Source: a virus (Duplodnaviria; Caudoviricetes). Taken from it: a stretch of 26,142 bases of DNA. The notes beneath the pieces are model-generated. The model ran no database searches and was not told where the DNA came from. It saw only the letters and a list, made by a program, of their open reading frames with translations. Within the stretch, counting starts at the first letter, position 1; each line of letters begins with the position of its first letter. Shown here piece after piece: positions 1 through 9,179 of the stretch. The stretch is taken from positions 1-26,142 of the IMG/VR virus record IMGVR_UViG_3300020247_000011; one strand, 5' to 3'. Both the position numbers and the translations under genes were made by a program.

Positions 1-1
1 A

Positions 2-76
2 TGCTAATTCACCATATGTAATGGTGCCTGGTGCGGTTGATCCAGTACTCCTTTTGATGAGTATATTTGATGCCAT
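2..76 (-). CDS. N-terminus of a tail fibre/virion fibre-like protein (partial, runs off the left edge; missing from the ORF track)
   Basis: ATG at 76..74 overlaps the TGA of the upstream gene (TGATG). Translation is MASNILIKRSTGSTAPGTITYGELA, matching the 'I-x-I-K-R-S...P...GELA' N-terminal motif of many phage fibre proteins. Confidence 0.75.
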   Translation of the reverse strand, partial: MASNILIKRSTGSTAPGTITYGELA

Positions 77-297
77 CAGAAGCTACCCCCGTTGATAGTG
101 ATGTTATTGAGAACGTTTGTTGGAACAAATTTTGTGTTGGCTTGGTCGTAAACCAGAACTGCGCCATCCGCAATTCCACCTTGAGATACGTCTGTGAGAT
201 CAACATCAGACATACCACCAATAGTACCACCGCCACCACCTGTGGCTACTCGTGTTACTCTTGGTACTGATTGATCTCCAAATCTGAGTCTTGCCAT
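76..297 (-). CDS. Small conserved virion-module protein (73 aa)
   Basis: Coupled to neighbours by TAATG and TGATG overlaps. Carries a 'MSDVD...DGAVLVYD...KF' motif and a C-terminal NGGSF, typical of small fibre-associated proteins in T4-like marine phages. Confidence 0.75.
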   Translation of the reverse strand: MARLRFGDQSVPRVTRVATGGGGGTIGGMSDVDLTDVSQGGIADGAVLVYDQANTKFVPTNVLNNITINGGSF

Positions 298-635
298 TAG
301 ACGGTTACCCCCTCAAGTACGCTTACAGAACCTTCCAGAACTCTGGATTTTATACCAGAAGTTGCGGTAATAACGACATCATATACATACCTACCGTACT
401 TCATTGCGGCAGTTTGTCCATTTGTGAGAGATAATTGAATCTGCCCACTAGTTGCGGGAGATAGAATTGCAGCAGTTACAGTAGTGGACGTACTACTTGT
501 GTAATGCTTCTTTATTTTACAAGCCACTGTATACCCAGTTAGGTTAAATACCGTCCCATTATCATTCTCGATAGTGAAATCGATAATGAAATCAGAACCT
601 TGATAAATCAGTAGATTGGATACAGCAGAAGCCAT
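297..635 (-). CDS. Virion structural protein, BppU-like/Ig-like adaptor (112 aa)
   Basis: Motifs IYQGSDF, NLTGYTV, GQIQLSLT..QT..MKYGRYVYDV and RVLEG are characteristic of this beta-sandwich family found beside fibre genes. Late-promoter-like motifs lie just upstream. Confidence 0.75.
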   Translation of the reverse strand: MASAVSNLLIYQGSDFIIDFTIENDNGTVFNLTGYTVACKIKKHYTSSTSTTVTAAILSPATSGQIQLSLTNGQTAAMKYGRYVYDVVITATSGIKSRVLEGSVSVLEGVTV

Positions 636-657
636 TCTCTAAAAGAATCCTAATTAT

Positions 658-680
658 TATTTAGCTTAAATCTATTTATC
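658..680 (-). promoter_or_regulatory. Tandem T4-like late promoter candidates (GATAAATA at 680..673; CTAAATA at 664..658)
   Basis: Both resemble the gp55 late consensus TATAAATA (NATAAATA in cyanophages). They sit in or at the edge of the short intergenic gap upstream of the 112-aa gene. Confidence 0.6.
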
Positions 681-893
681 TGCTTTCTGGACTAAGTTTT
701 TTACAATCTCCTTGAGTTCTGCTACTTCACTCTTTAAAGTTTCCATTTCTCTACTTTTATTCCTTGCATCAGCACGAGCTTTCTTATATGCATCATATCC
801 ACTATCATCAGTATTCAAAATAGCATTAGAATAAGAATCCCTGCCGAGGGTTGTGTGACCTTCAACAGGGATTAGTTCAAGTTCTTCAATCAT
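672..893 (-). CDS. Conserved hypothetical protein with C-terminal coiled coil (73 aa)
   Basis: Starts immediately after the VrlC stop (TAA ATG). Has a 'VEGH..L.RD..SNAILNTD...Y..Y' motif and a heptad tail (METLKSEVAELKEIVKNLV), a family I recall downstream of VrlC in cyanomyoviruses. Confidence 0.8.
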   Translation of the reverse strand: MIEELELIPVEGHTTLGRDSYSNAILNTDDSGYDAYKKARADARNKSREMETLKSEVAELKEIVKNLVQKADK

Positions 894-3800
894 TTATGCA
901 AGAGCAATCGCTCTGAAATCCTTAACTCTAGGTATGTATGGCTGTTCGTAAGCAAGAAGACTGATCTTCACTTGGAAACCATCAAACTCAGCAGCATCAT
1001 CTACAGTGTACTCATAATCAGTAAACGTAGTTAAATCATTTTGTGGAACTAACTGACCGCTATCTGGTATACCAGTGGTGTTAAAGAACTCGAAATTGAG
1101 ATCATCAACATTACCTGAATAACCAACAGGGATCAATTTATACATAAGTCTAATCTCAGATTGTGTCCAAGTATTAGCAGCAAGCATAACCTTAAGTCCA
1201 CTAGCACTCTTATTCATTCTTGCAACTTTAGTGATGTAATTAGCAGCACATTCTCCACCAATACCTGCAGTAGGTACAATATTATTAATAATATTAGCAG
1301 ATGTTAATGTAGCAATAGCAGTTATATCAACAACAGGAGATAAGTGAGTTACGTCTGTTTCAAAATCTAACTCCATAGTAAAGGATTTAACATTACTCAT
1401 CCTATTAACTTCATTAAGTTGGTTAGCAATAACCTTAGTTGCAGGGAAGTAATTCTCATCATTGATTGTTACATCTGACCATGCAGTATCTTTAACGAAT
1501 GAAGTCTCTAGTCCAGCATTAGATCCATCGGAATCAGGACCACATGAGGTAGCTTGAGTACCTTTAACTCTACTAATAATACTACACTGTGGTTGTGTCT
1601 GATTATTAACTAATGGTGTTATAACATCCCATGCAACATTCTGAGAGGCACTCATTGTTGTACCACCACCAGCCATGGTTGTTAATGCTTTCTTACCAGT
1701 AATCTTTACTTTATAACTATGTGGACTATTAAGTGTCACAATAGATGTATGAGTCTTGTTGATATCTGTCAATGGGATACCATTAAGATTGTAACATTGT
1801 ACAACTGCACCAGCTGCATGTGCTTTACCAGTTGCAGATCCACCAGAACCAGTATGATTCCTAGGTGAAGTTGTAATAAACTGTACTGTATTAGTACTAA
1901 TTGCTTTGTATGCAATAATTTCATCACCACTACCATCTGCTTCAGCACCTAAGATCCTAATAAATCCTGGATACGTATCACTTACTGAATTACCACTTGG
2001 GTTTCCAGAAGTTCCATACATTGTGGTGTGGAACAATGATGCATCTGTTAATGTTGCTGAAGTTCCAGAAGCAGTAATTTGAGATGCAAGAGTTGTCTCT
2101 GGTACCTCAGAAACTACTCCACTGAGTTCTAGATAGTTAAGAGTTGATTGCATACCATGGTTACCATGGAATACTCGGATCTCATCATCCTGTGCAGTAA
2201 ACTGTAATGCATTAGGTAGAAGACCTAAGTAACCACCATTAGCCTCACCAAGTTGAGCGTTCTCTAGTACAAGTTTACTATTGGCTGCTGTAGATGGTTT
2301 TGTAAATTCTGCTCTATAGATCTTGAACATCAAGTCTTCATATTGAGAAGGTGTCCAAGTAGATGCGTTCTGTGACTTGAATAGTACACCGATATATGGC
2401 TGTTCAGATATCTTCTCACCAGCATGTGCAGCATCAATAGCATCCTTACCAAGGATAGAGATGAATACCTTATACTGATTAGAATCTGAAGTCAATACAA
2501 CAGCATGTTCTTTTCTGAATGGAAGATATACTGGAGATTCAAATGTGAATGTAGTAGGTTTAGAAGCATCTGTAGATGTGAATACATCAGCAGGTTTCTT
2601 AATTACTTTGGAGAATGGTACAATAATCTGAGTTGGATTACCATTAACCACTGTTCTAACATCAAGTGATACTGGAATCTCATCATCTTTAGTATTAAAG
2701 AATATATCAATCTTAGTTAAGAATACACCACCTTCAAGAGCAGCATCTTCAATCAAGAATGTTTGTGCAAGTGGGTCACAGTGTCTAGTCTCTGAACTAG
2801 TTGTACTACTCGAACTAGTTAAAGTTCTAGCATCACTCATCTCTTCTGTAGTGACCTTAGCGTTCCTTACAGAAACAACATCTTCTTGAGTAGTCTGATG
2901 AATACCTGATGATGAGAATTCTGCTTCAGCATTAGAATCTGAGAACCCAATTACTTTACTATCAGTTGAATCATCAGTAATTCTGAATAGTTTAGTACCA
3001 GTCTTAAATGTGAGATTACCTGCTTTATTAGGAGCATCTATAAAGAATGAAGCACTAAAGCTACCTGATTTATCACTAACTAAATCCTTATTTGATACTT
3101 TAGCAACAGCACCTGAAGTCTCTCCTATAATATAATCATTGATTTTAGGAGATCCATAGTAACTACCCTTTGCTTGATCTGCAAGAGCATGAGTATCAAT
3201 ATTAATAAATGCTAAGTTTGAAGTATAATCAGAAGTAGAACTAATATCTGTACCGTCTAATGGGTTAATAGAATACTGTTCATTTGGTGCAGAAACTCTA
3301 GCTTTAAATCTAAATGCATTCTGACCCTTCTGAGTACTAGCATTTCCTTTCTTAACATAGACAGTTTCACCGATTTGGAAAGGAATACTGTTTGTTGTAG
3401 AATCAGTATTAGGATCTTTCACAAGTCCCATTATCTTAGGTGTAATTAGTTTCTTAGGAAGTGCAATACCATCAAAGAACGCAAAGAACTTAGTTCTTGG
3501 TTTTAGTTTTTGACAAGCAAACTCAATATTCCTAGAACGCATGAACTGAACATGATCAACTGATACAACCTTGTCGCCAAGAGATGTAGTCTCCAACACT
3601 GGAGTTATCTTATATCTAATACCACTTCTAGTTTGATTAGTAGTCTTAGTAGTTGTAGTAGTTGTAGTTCTGGACTGCTTCTTCTTAGCACTATGCCTCC
3701 AAGCACCAACTTTCGTACTTATACTTGTACCTGTCCAAGTGGTTTTCCATGAATTCCATTGAATAGGAGTATATCCATTCTGATCAGCATTATATTGTCT

Positions 3801-6800
3801 AACAGTTGTTAAGAAATTACCTTCAACAATAGTTTCCTTAACTCCTGCTAATTTAGTAGTATCTACCCAATTATCTTTCTCTGGATATAATGAAATATCT
3901 CCAACATATGTGAATACGTTGAATGGGTTTACATTCTCAACTCCAGATGCAAATGGTTGATCAAGTAAAACAGTATCATCATATGGTAATGTTACTAGAT
4001 CACCAGTTGTTCTTACATTGGTAGATGATGTTGAATAAACAAGAGGTAAAGTAGTTGTATAGTGAGAAGGTCTTAACTGTCCTTCTTCAAAGTCAAGTGA
4101 TACCCTATAATCTGGATGTAATGTGTCACTTGTAGAAAGACTTGAGAAATTATCTACGATAAATCCATTCTTAAATCTACTAAGACCACTAGTATCTCTA
4201 ATCTCCATACTTGCAGTTTCACCTTCAAGCAATGAAAGTTGAGTGTAATATTCTAGGGTCTTGATTCTATCTTCAAGTACCTGAATATCTTTGAAAGTAT
4301 ATCTCTTATAATTTGTTTCTTTAATATCAATATCTTTATCAACATCAAAGACATACGCTTTATATGTCAATGTTGCTAATAACATTGCATCTTCAACATC
4401 CTCTGGTTCAACTGGAGTAGCTCCAGGTGATCCTTTTACAACCTGAACAACGTTGTCTTTATTCATAAAGACTTTATCAATCCTTGGAAGATAATATTGT
4501 AAACTTAGAATAGTAGTATCTCCTATTCCAGGAACTCCAATTACATTACCAGTGAAGGCTCTTGATTCATAATCAAAGAATTCTGTTCCATTCAGTGTCC
4601 ATGGAGAAGCAACAGAACCAGAACCAGCAAGCTTCTCAGCAACTTGTGGTCTGAAATCTATAGTATCTCTCAATGGTTGCTCATCATAAGTTGGAATTAT
4701 CTTATAATCAGTATCAGCATATGAATCTACTGTATATGGATTGACACCAGCAGTAGTTAAGAAACGGTCAAATATAACTAAGCACTGATGTGTAGGTGCA
4801 GCATAATTTGCCTTTCTAACAAGACTTGAATAATCATAGAACTGATCTCTCTGACCATTATCTAAATCAAAACTATCAGTTATATCTTTTGCACCAGTAA
4901 CTATCTGCCCTGTGACAATTTTGAAAGTGGCAGAAGGTGCTGTTATAGTCTCTGCATCTGTAAATTTATCGTCATCTACTGGAATAAAGTATACTTTATT
5001 GTTTGTACTGTCGTATGAAACGACTCTTGCCCTAGAACCAGAGTCATCACCTGTGATAACATCATCTACAGCTATAGTTCCAACTAAGTTGGTAAACTGT
5101 AGGTTGGGTACCATCTCATTGATAGTAGCTGTTGCATTTGTAGATTCATAGATTGCTTTAATCTTGAATACATCACTACATCCCAAAGATATCCTAGCAT
5201 CATCTACTCTATATCCATATCCATCATTCTCAGCATTCTCTTGAGTTAATCCATTGACACCTGCAACTACACTCTTATCGAGTTTCAGGATCTTCATCCT
5301 TTCAGTCGTTTTAGCTTTAGCAGATCTATCAGAAGCATATACTGTAGCAACTACATCAATAGTTTGTCCATTAGTAAGACCAGTTACTGTGACAGTCTGT
5401 ACATTAGCTGATGTACCACTAAATCCAGGTGCTTGGAAGATATCACCTTCATTAGTACCACCAGTAACAGACATAATGAAGTCATCATTATCTGCAGCAT
5501 TCTTGAATACAAGTCCAGCACCAGCATTGAATGCATGGGTTGTTCCTGATACTGTACCACTAATAGTCTTTCTAAAGTATCCAGCTGGATTAACAGTATT
5601 ATCCTTATTAGTATTCTTTACTGCTTCAAACCCAAGTGGAGTAATAAGCTTATTCTTTTGTGCTTCCTTAATCTCAGCACGAGATCTAATTATAGAACTA
5701 GTAATAGATCCTGTAGCCATTGCAGCTGCACCAGAACCACCAGCCTTAATAACATCCATTACATAGGCACTAGTAATACTAGTAACCTTAACCTTCTGTG
5801 CAACACTATTGTTGGAGAATTCAATGATGTCTCCTACTTTTAGTTGACTTTGGAAATTAGAAAGTTGTGCTGTAATTGTAGCAGTCTGTGTAGCACCACT
5901 ACTTCCAAGGTTTGAAATAATAGCAGCAGATCCAGGAAGTGCAACTCTTACATCTAATTGTGCATCAGCACAACCATTAGTACCATACTTATATGATTTT
6001 ACATCACGGAAATCGTAAGTTGTGACAGCAGCAGCATTATTATCTAACTGCCCTAATTGAGTTCCACTATTTGCTTTGTTTAGGTCTAAATACTCATTCT
6101 GAGTAAAAGTACCTACTACATCGATAAGATATCCTATCTGAGCTGCAGAACCACCATTAGCATCAATTGCTACGTATCCAGTAGCACCAGAAGTTCTACC
6201 TACAACGAAATCACCAATATGCCAATTTACACCACCCTGACAATCTAATCTAGTGTAGAATTTTGTATCTAATATATTAGCTCTATAAACTGTAGTGGCA
6301 CTATTAACAGTACCTGATTCATAAGCAGCATTAAGTACTCTAGTCTTACCAATAGTATTACCAGCAGGAGTACCTGGTGTAGTTATTATTTCATCTCTAA
6401 GTTCAATACTTTCATATATTTGTGGCAATTCATAAGTCTTAGATAAGAAAACATAGTTACCAATATCAGTTGTAATAGACTGATTATCCGCACCTGTAAA
6501 TGTTCTTGGCTTAGCTACATCCTTATATGTTGTAGATAATCTCTCTGTTCTATAACCAGAAACATATGCAGATCCACCAGATAATTGGACAGCTATATTA
6601 TCTTCAGTTGGGGTATTACCATCTCCTGTAGTAGCAGTTGATGGATATACACCATTATTGAAACCATCATCAAGGTTTTCTCTTGTATCTATATCAAACT
6701 TCTTAACGTAATAGTTTCCAGATTCTTCTTTAGTTCTTGTTGCAAGAACATCATTAATAAATCCTAAATCACTACGTTCTACTTTCTTTTGAATCTTACC

Positions 6801-7637
6801 AGTATTGGTTCTAAGAAGTTCAATAAAGTCAGCAGAGTTAGGATCTGTTAATGCTTTCTTTACGAGTGTTAGATTGACTTTAAATCTATCTGCACCTGGT
6901 GCTGAGAAGTTTGTGCTACCTATAGCATTATCATAGAGGGAAGCATCCTCATCAGCAGTTATAATTTTCTCTTCTACTTTTAAACCTACTTTATATGATG
7001 GATCAGTACCATACTGGTCCAAAATAAGTGTTTGTTCATTTACAGGAACAAAATATCCTCTAACATAGTAAACACCTGTACCAACATTAGCAGTAGAACC
7101 CTTAGAGTTTGCACCAGAATTTAACAGCTGTGCAAGAGGAGTTCCAGATGAAATGGTTGTAGACGCATATGTTATATCACTCTCACAAGTAAGAGTCTCG
7201 CCATCTGTAAATGTACTTGTAGTATTATCGTTTGCTTTTTGTAAATAATTTATATAAAAGGTTATCTGATTTTTAGTAGAGGTAGCAGCACTAATTGAGA
7301 ATAGGACACGACCACGAACACCAGAGGTAGATCCCTTAACAACTAATCCATCAAGAGAAGCACGATATAGTTCTACATCTAAATTTAGATAAGCGTTATT
7401 GATTACAACACATGCAACATCATTATTCAGAGTAATACCACCAGGAATTACTTGAGCACCTTCTTTGTAAACACCTTGACCGAAAGAATCGATCTGGTTT
7501 TGCATTAAACTCTGGAGAGTTGTTAGCTCCCTTGCCTGTACAGGATATCCAGGTTTAAATAGGACTTTTAAAAAGCCCTTACTCGAATCAAAGTCGTCGT
7601 AGTAAGGAGCAATATTCAGGTTCGTGTTCTGTGCCAT
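894..7637 (-). CDS. vrlC: VrlC-like / DUF4815 large virion structural protein (2247 aa)
   Basis: N-terminus NLNIAPYYDDFD...VLFKPGYPVQARELTTLQS. Internal motifs APGADR, LATRTKEESGNY, RFKNGFIVDNF, ENVNPFNVF, DPLAQTF and LFKSQNASTW. C-terminus PRVKDFRAIALA. Position after gp8 is the usual cyanomyovirus one. Confidence 0.85.
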   Translation of the reverse strand: MAQNTNLNIAPYYDDFDSSKGFLKVLFKPGYPVQARELTTLQSLMQNQIDSFGQGVYKEGAQVIPGGITLNNDVACVVINNAYLNLDVELYRASLDGLVVKGSTSGVRGRVLFSISAATSTKNQITFYINYLQKANDNTTSTFTDGETLTCESDITYASTTISSGTPLAQLLNSGANSKGSTANVGTGVYYVRGYFVPVNEQTLILDQYGTDPSYKVGLKVEEKIITADEDASLYDNAIGSTNFSAPGADRFKVNLTLVKKALTDPNSADFIELLRTNTGKIQKKVERSDLGFINDVLATRTKEESGNYYVKKFDIDTRENLDDGFNNGVYPSTATTGDGNTPTEDNIAVQLSGGSAYVSGYRTERLSTTYKDVAKPRTFTGADNQSITTDIGNYVFLSKTYELPQIYESIELRDEIITTPGTPAGNTIGKTRVLNAAYESGTVNSATTVYRANILDTKFYTRLDCQGGVNWHIGDFVVGRTSGATGYVAIDANGGSAAQIGYLIDVVGTFTQNEYLDLNKANSGTQLGQLDNNAAAVTTYDFRDVKSYKYGTNGCADAQLDVRVALPGSAAIISNLGSSGATQTATITAQLSNFQSQLKVGDIIEFSNNSVAQKVKVTSITSAYVMDVIKAGGSGAAAMATGSITSSIIRSRAEIKEAQKNKLITPLGFEAVKNTNKDNTVNPAGYFRKTISGTVSGTTHAFNAGAGLVFKNAADNDDFIMSVTGGTNEGDIFQAPGFSGTSANVQTVTVTGLTNGQTIDVVATVYASDRSAKAKTTERMKILKLDKSVVAGVNGLTQENAENDGYGYRVDDARISLGCSDVFKIKAIYESTNATATINEMVPNLQFTNLVGTIAVDDVITGDDSGSRARVVSYDSTNNKVYFIPVDDDKFTDAETITAPSATFKIVTGQIVTGAKDITDSFDLDNGQRDQFYDYSSLVRKANYAAPTHQCLVIFDRFLTTAGVNPYTVDSYADTDYKIIPTYDEQPLRDTIDFRPQVAEKLAGSGSVASPWTLNGTEFFDYESRAFTGNVIGVPGIGDTTILSLQYYLPRIDKVFMNKDNVVQVVKGSPGATPVEPEDVEDAMLLATLTYKAYVFDVDKDIDIKETNYKRYTFKDIQVLEDRIKTLEYYTQLSLLEGETASMEIRDTSGLSRFKNGFIVDNFSSLSTSDTLHPDYRVSLDFEEGQLRPSHYTTTLPLVYSTSSTNVRTTGDLVTLPYDDTVLLDQPFASGVENVNPFNVFTYVGDISLYPEKDNWVDTTKLAGVKETIVEGNFLTTVRQYNADQNGYTPIQWNSWKTTWTGTSISTKVGAWRHSAKKKQSRTTTTTTTKTTNQTRSGIRYKITPVLETTSLGDKVVSVDHVQFMRSRNIEFACQKLKPRTKFFAFFDGIALPKKLITPKIMGLVKDPNTDSTTNSIPFQIGETVYVKKGNASTQKGQNAFRFKARVSAPNEQYSINPLDGTDISSTSDYTSNLAFINIDTHALADQAKGSYYGSPKINDYIIGETSGAVAKVSNKDLVSDKSGSFSASFFIDAPNKAGNLTFKTGTKLFRITDDSTDSKVIGFSDSNAEAEFSSSGIHQTTQEDVVSVRNAKVTTEEMSDARTLTSSSSTTSSETRHCDPLAQTFLIEDAALEGGVFLTKIDIFFNTKDDEIPVSLDVRTVVNGNPTQIIVPFSKVIKKPADVFTSTDASKPTTFTFESPVYLPFRKEHAVVLTSDSNQYKVFISILGKDAIDAAHAGEKISEQPYIGVLFKSQNASTWTPSQYEDLMFKIYRAEFTKPSTAANSKLVLENAQLGEANGGYLGLLPNALQFTAQDDEIRVFHGNHGMQSTLNYLELSGVVSEVPETTLASQITASGTSATLTDASLFHTTMYGTSGNPSGNSVSDTYPGFIRILGAEADGSGDEIIAYKAISTNTVQFITTSPRNHTGSGGSATGKAHAAGAVVQCYNLNGIPLTDINKTHTSIVTLNSPHSYKVKITGKKALTTMAGGGTTMSASQNVAWDVITPLVNNQTQPQCSIISRVKGTQATSCGPDSDGSNAGLETSFVKDTAWSDVTINDENYFPATKVIANQLNEVNRMSNVKSFTMELDFETDVTHLSPVVDITAIATLTSANIINNIVPTAGIGGECAANYITKVARMNKSASGLKVMLAANTWTQSEIRLMYKLIPVGYSGNVDDLNFEFFNTTGIPDSGQLVPQNDLTTFTDYEYTVDDAAEFDGFQVKISLLAYEQPYIPRVKDFRAIALA

Positions 7638-9152
7638 TTAGAATTCTATGACTACTTTGATTTCTTCATTTTGATCAGCCGATCTAGTAATCGGATTCCT
7701 ATTGTCTATGTAGAGCATTTCTCCAGATCCAAGTTCAATTTCTTGGGTCGCATAACCAGTAACAAATGATAATCCCAATTCATACACAGAAACACCAATG
7801 GTGATTTGAGTAACTGGAACCGCAGATGTACCTATAGTTGCATCAGGAGTTGCTGTATAAGCATTTTGTGATGATGTAATTTGATTTGCCCCAGAGAACG
7901 CAATTACGTTTCCGTTGACAGTACCATCAGTTGAATCCTGATAGTATTTCAATACTTTAGTTGTAGAATCATAAGAAACTACAAATCCCTTTGCACCTGT
8001 AGATGCTTGAGTTATTGTTTCCCCAGGAGCGAAGTTTCCAGAAGGACTACCAGTACTAGACTGGGGGAAGATCATTGCTTTAGCAGCAGATCTAGTATTC
8101 TGACTACAAACAGTTGAAGTATTGTAATCATATGGATTTAAGACAAGTCCAACTCGTCTATATGTCAAATCATTAGGGAAATCAATAAATGCACTAGAAG
8201 TTTCTAACTTACTAGTAAACATAAGGCGATAAGCACCTAACTCTCTAACAACATTCTTTCCATGTCCACCAGAAGGAGGAATAACAACATCAAGAGATGC
8301 TCCGCTACCATTTCCAACGTTAGGAATTAAAGCAACATCGATTGATGCAAAAGTATATCCAGAACCAGCAGTAGTAATAGTAACAGATTCGACTGAACCA
8401 GAAGTTATCTTTACAGTTGCCTTTGCTTGGGTTCCACCATTAATTTCCCAATCACCACGGAGAGGGACATCAGTATACTCTTTGTTATTATAACCAGTTC
8501 CAGCATTCTCAATAACTACACTATCAACAGCACCATCTCCAGCAGCGGCTTGGACTAAGGTGTTTGTCAATACAGGAATAAATTCTGAGGTAACAAACTT
8601 AAGAATGTTATCAGCATCAATGGTGTACATGTACTTCCAACGATAGGAGTACACACCAGGACTGTCACCAGTCTCAATGATTGTAGTTGATGTACCAGTT
8701 GGTTCTACCAATGAGGGTCTTCCTCTAGGGTAGGTTGGATCCTGACCATTGTACAAACACTTGTACACATTAAAGTCAGAGTTCATTACATAAAAATTAC
8801 TGTCATAAAGCCTAGTGGCTCCATTGGCAGTAGTTTTGGAAGGTGCATAGTCAGGCTTGTACATTGAATATGTACGTCCTACTCCACCTGTTGTTTGAGT
8901 GGGATCAACCCAGTCAACTCTTGGTACTACTAAAGCAGTATCCGAGATATCTACACGCTTAAAGGCAACGGAATCAGCATATGATCCTGTTTGGTACTCA
9001 AAACTATCGATAGGTTCACCTGCAGGTGGTACATCTGTACTACCCCAAGTCTTCGCCCTACCGACGAACATAAACACCTTATTCTGGGTTAACAAAGTAT
9101 CCCTGAAGCTTTCTGCGGCGTAAATTCTAAATTTGTCAGTAACTAATGCCAT
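7638..9152 (-). CDS. gp8: Baseplate wedge subunit gp8 (504 aa)
   Basis: Motifs VVPRVDW, FYVMNSDFNVYKCLYN, RWKYMYTI, KFVTSEFIPV and P.GGHG...ELGA. C-terminal SGEMLYIDNRNPITRSADQNEEIKVVIEF. Located directly after gp7. Confidence 0.92.
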   Translation of the reverse strand: MALVTDKFRIYAAESFRDTLLTQNKVFMFVGRAKTWGSTDVPPAGEPIDSFEYQTGSYADSVAFKRVDISDTALVVPRVDWVDPTQTTGGVGRTYSMYKPDYAPSKTTANGATRLYDSNFYVMNSDFNVYKCLYNGQDPTYPRGRPSLVEPTGTSTTIIETGDSPGVYSYRWKYMYTIDADNILKFVTSEFIPVLTNTLVQAAAGDGAVDSVVIENAGTGYNNKEYTDVPLRGDWEINGGTQAKATVKITSGSVESVTITTAGSGYTFASIDVALIPNVGNGSGASLDVVIPPSGGHGKNVVRELGAYRLMFTSKLETSSAFIDFPNDLTYRRVGLVLNPYDYNTSTVCSQNTRSAAKAMIFPQSSTGSPSGNFAPGETITQASTGAKGFVVSYDSTTKVLKYYQDSTDGTVNGNVIAFSGANQITSSQNAYTATPDATIGTSAVPVTQITIGVSVYELGLSFVTGYATQEIELGSGEMLYIDNRNPITRSADQNEEIKVVIEF

Positions 9153-9171
9153 GCCATTGAGCTTTTGTTGT

Positions 9172-9179
9172 TATTTATA
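9172..9179 (-). promoter_or_regulatory. T4-type late promoter TATAAATA upstream of gp8
   Basis: Perfect TATAAATA on the minus strand, overlapping the gp7 stop codon, about 20 nt before the gp8 ATG. Confidence 0.8.

Noticed and set aside
9-270. ORFs 9..239 (-) and 67..270 (+)
   Set aside because: They overlap the better-supported 76..297 gene and the fibre gene start in other frames.
3638-3670. (GTA/GTT)n microsatellite-like run
   Set aside because: It simply encodes a poly-Thr stretch with mixed codons and is not a phase-variable tract.
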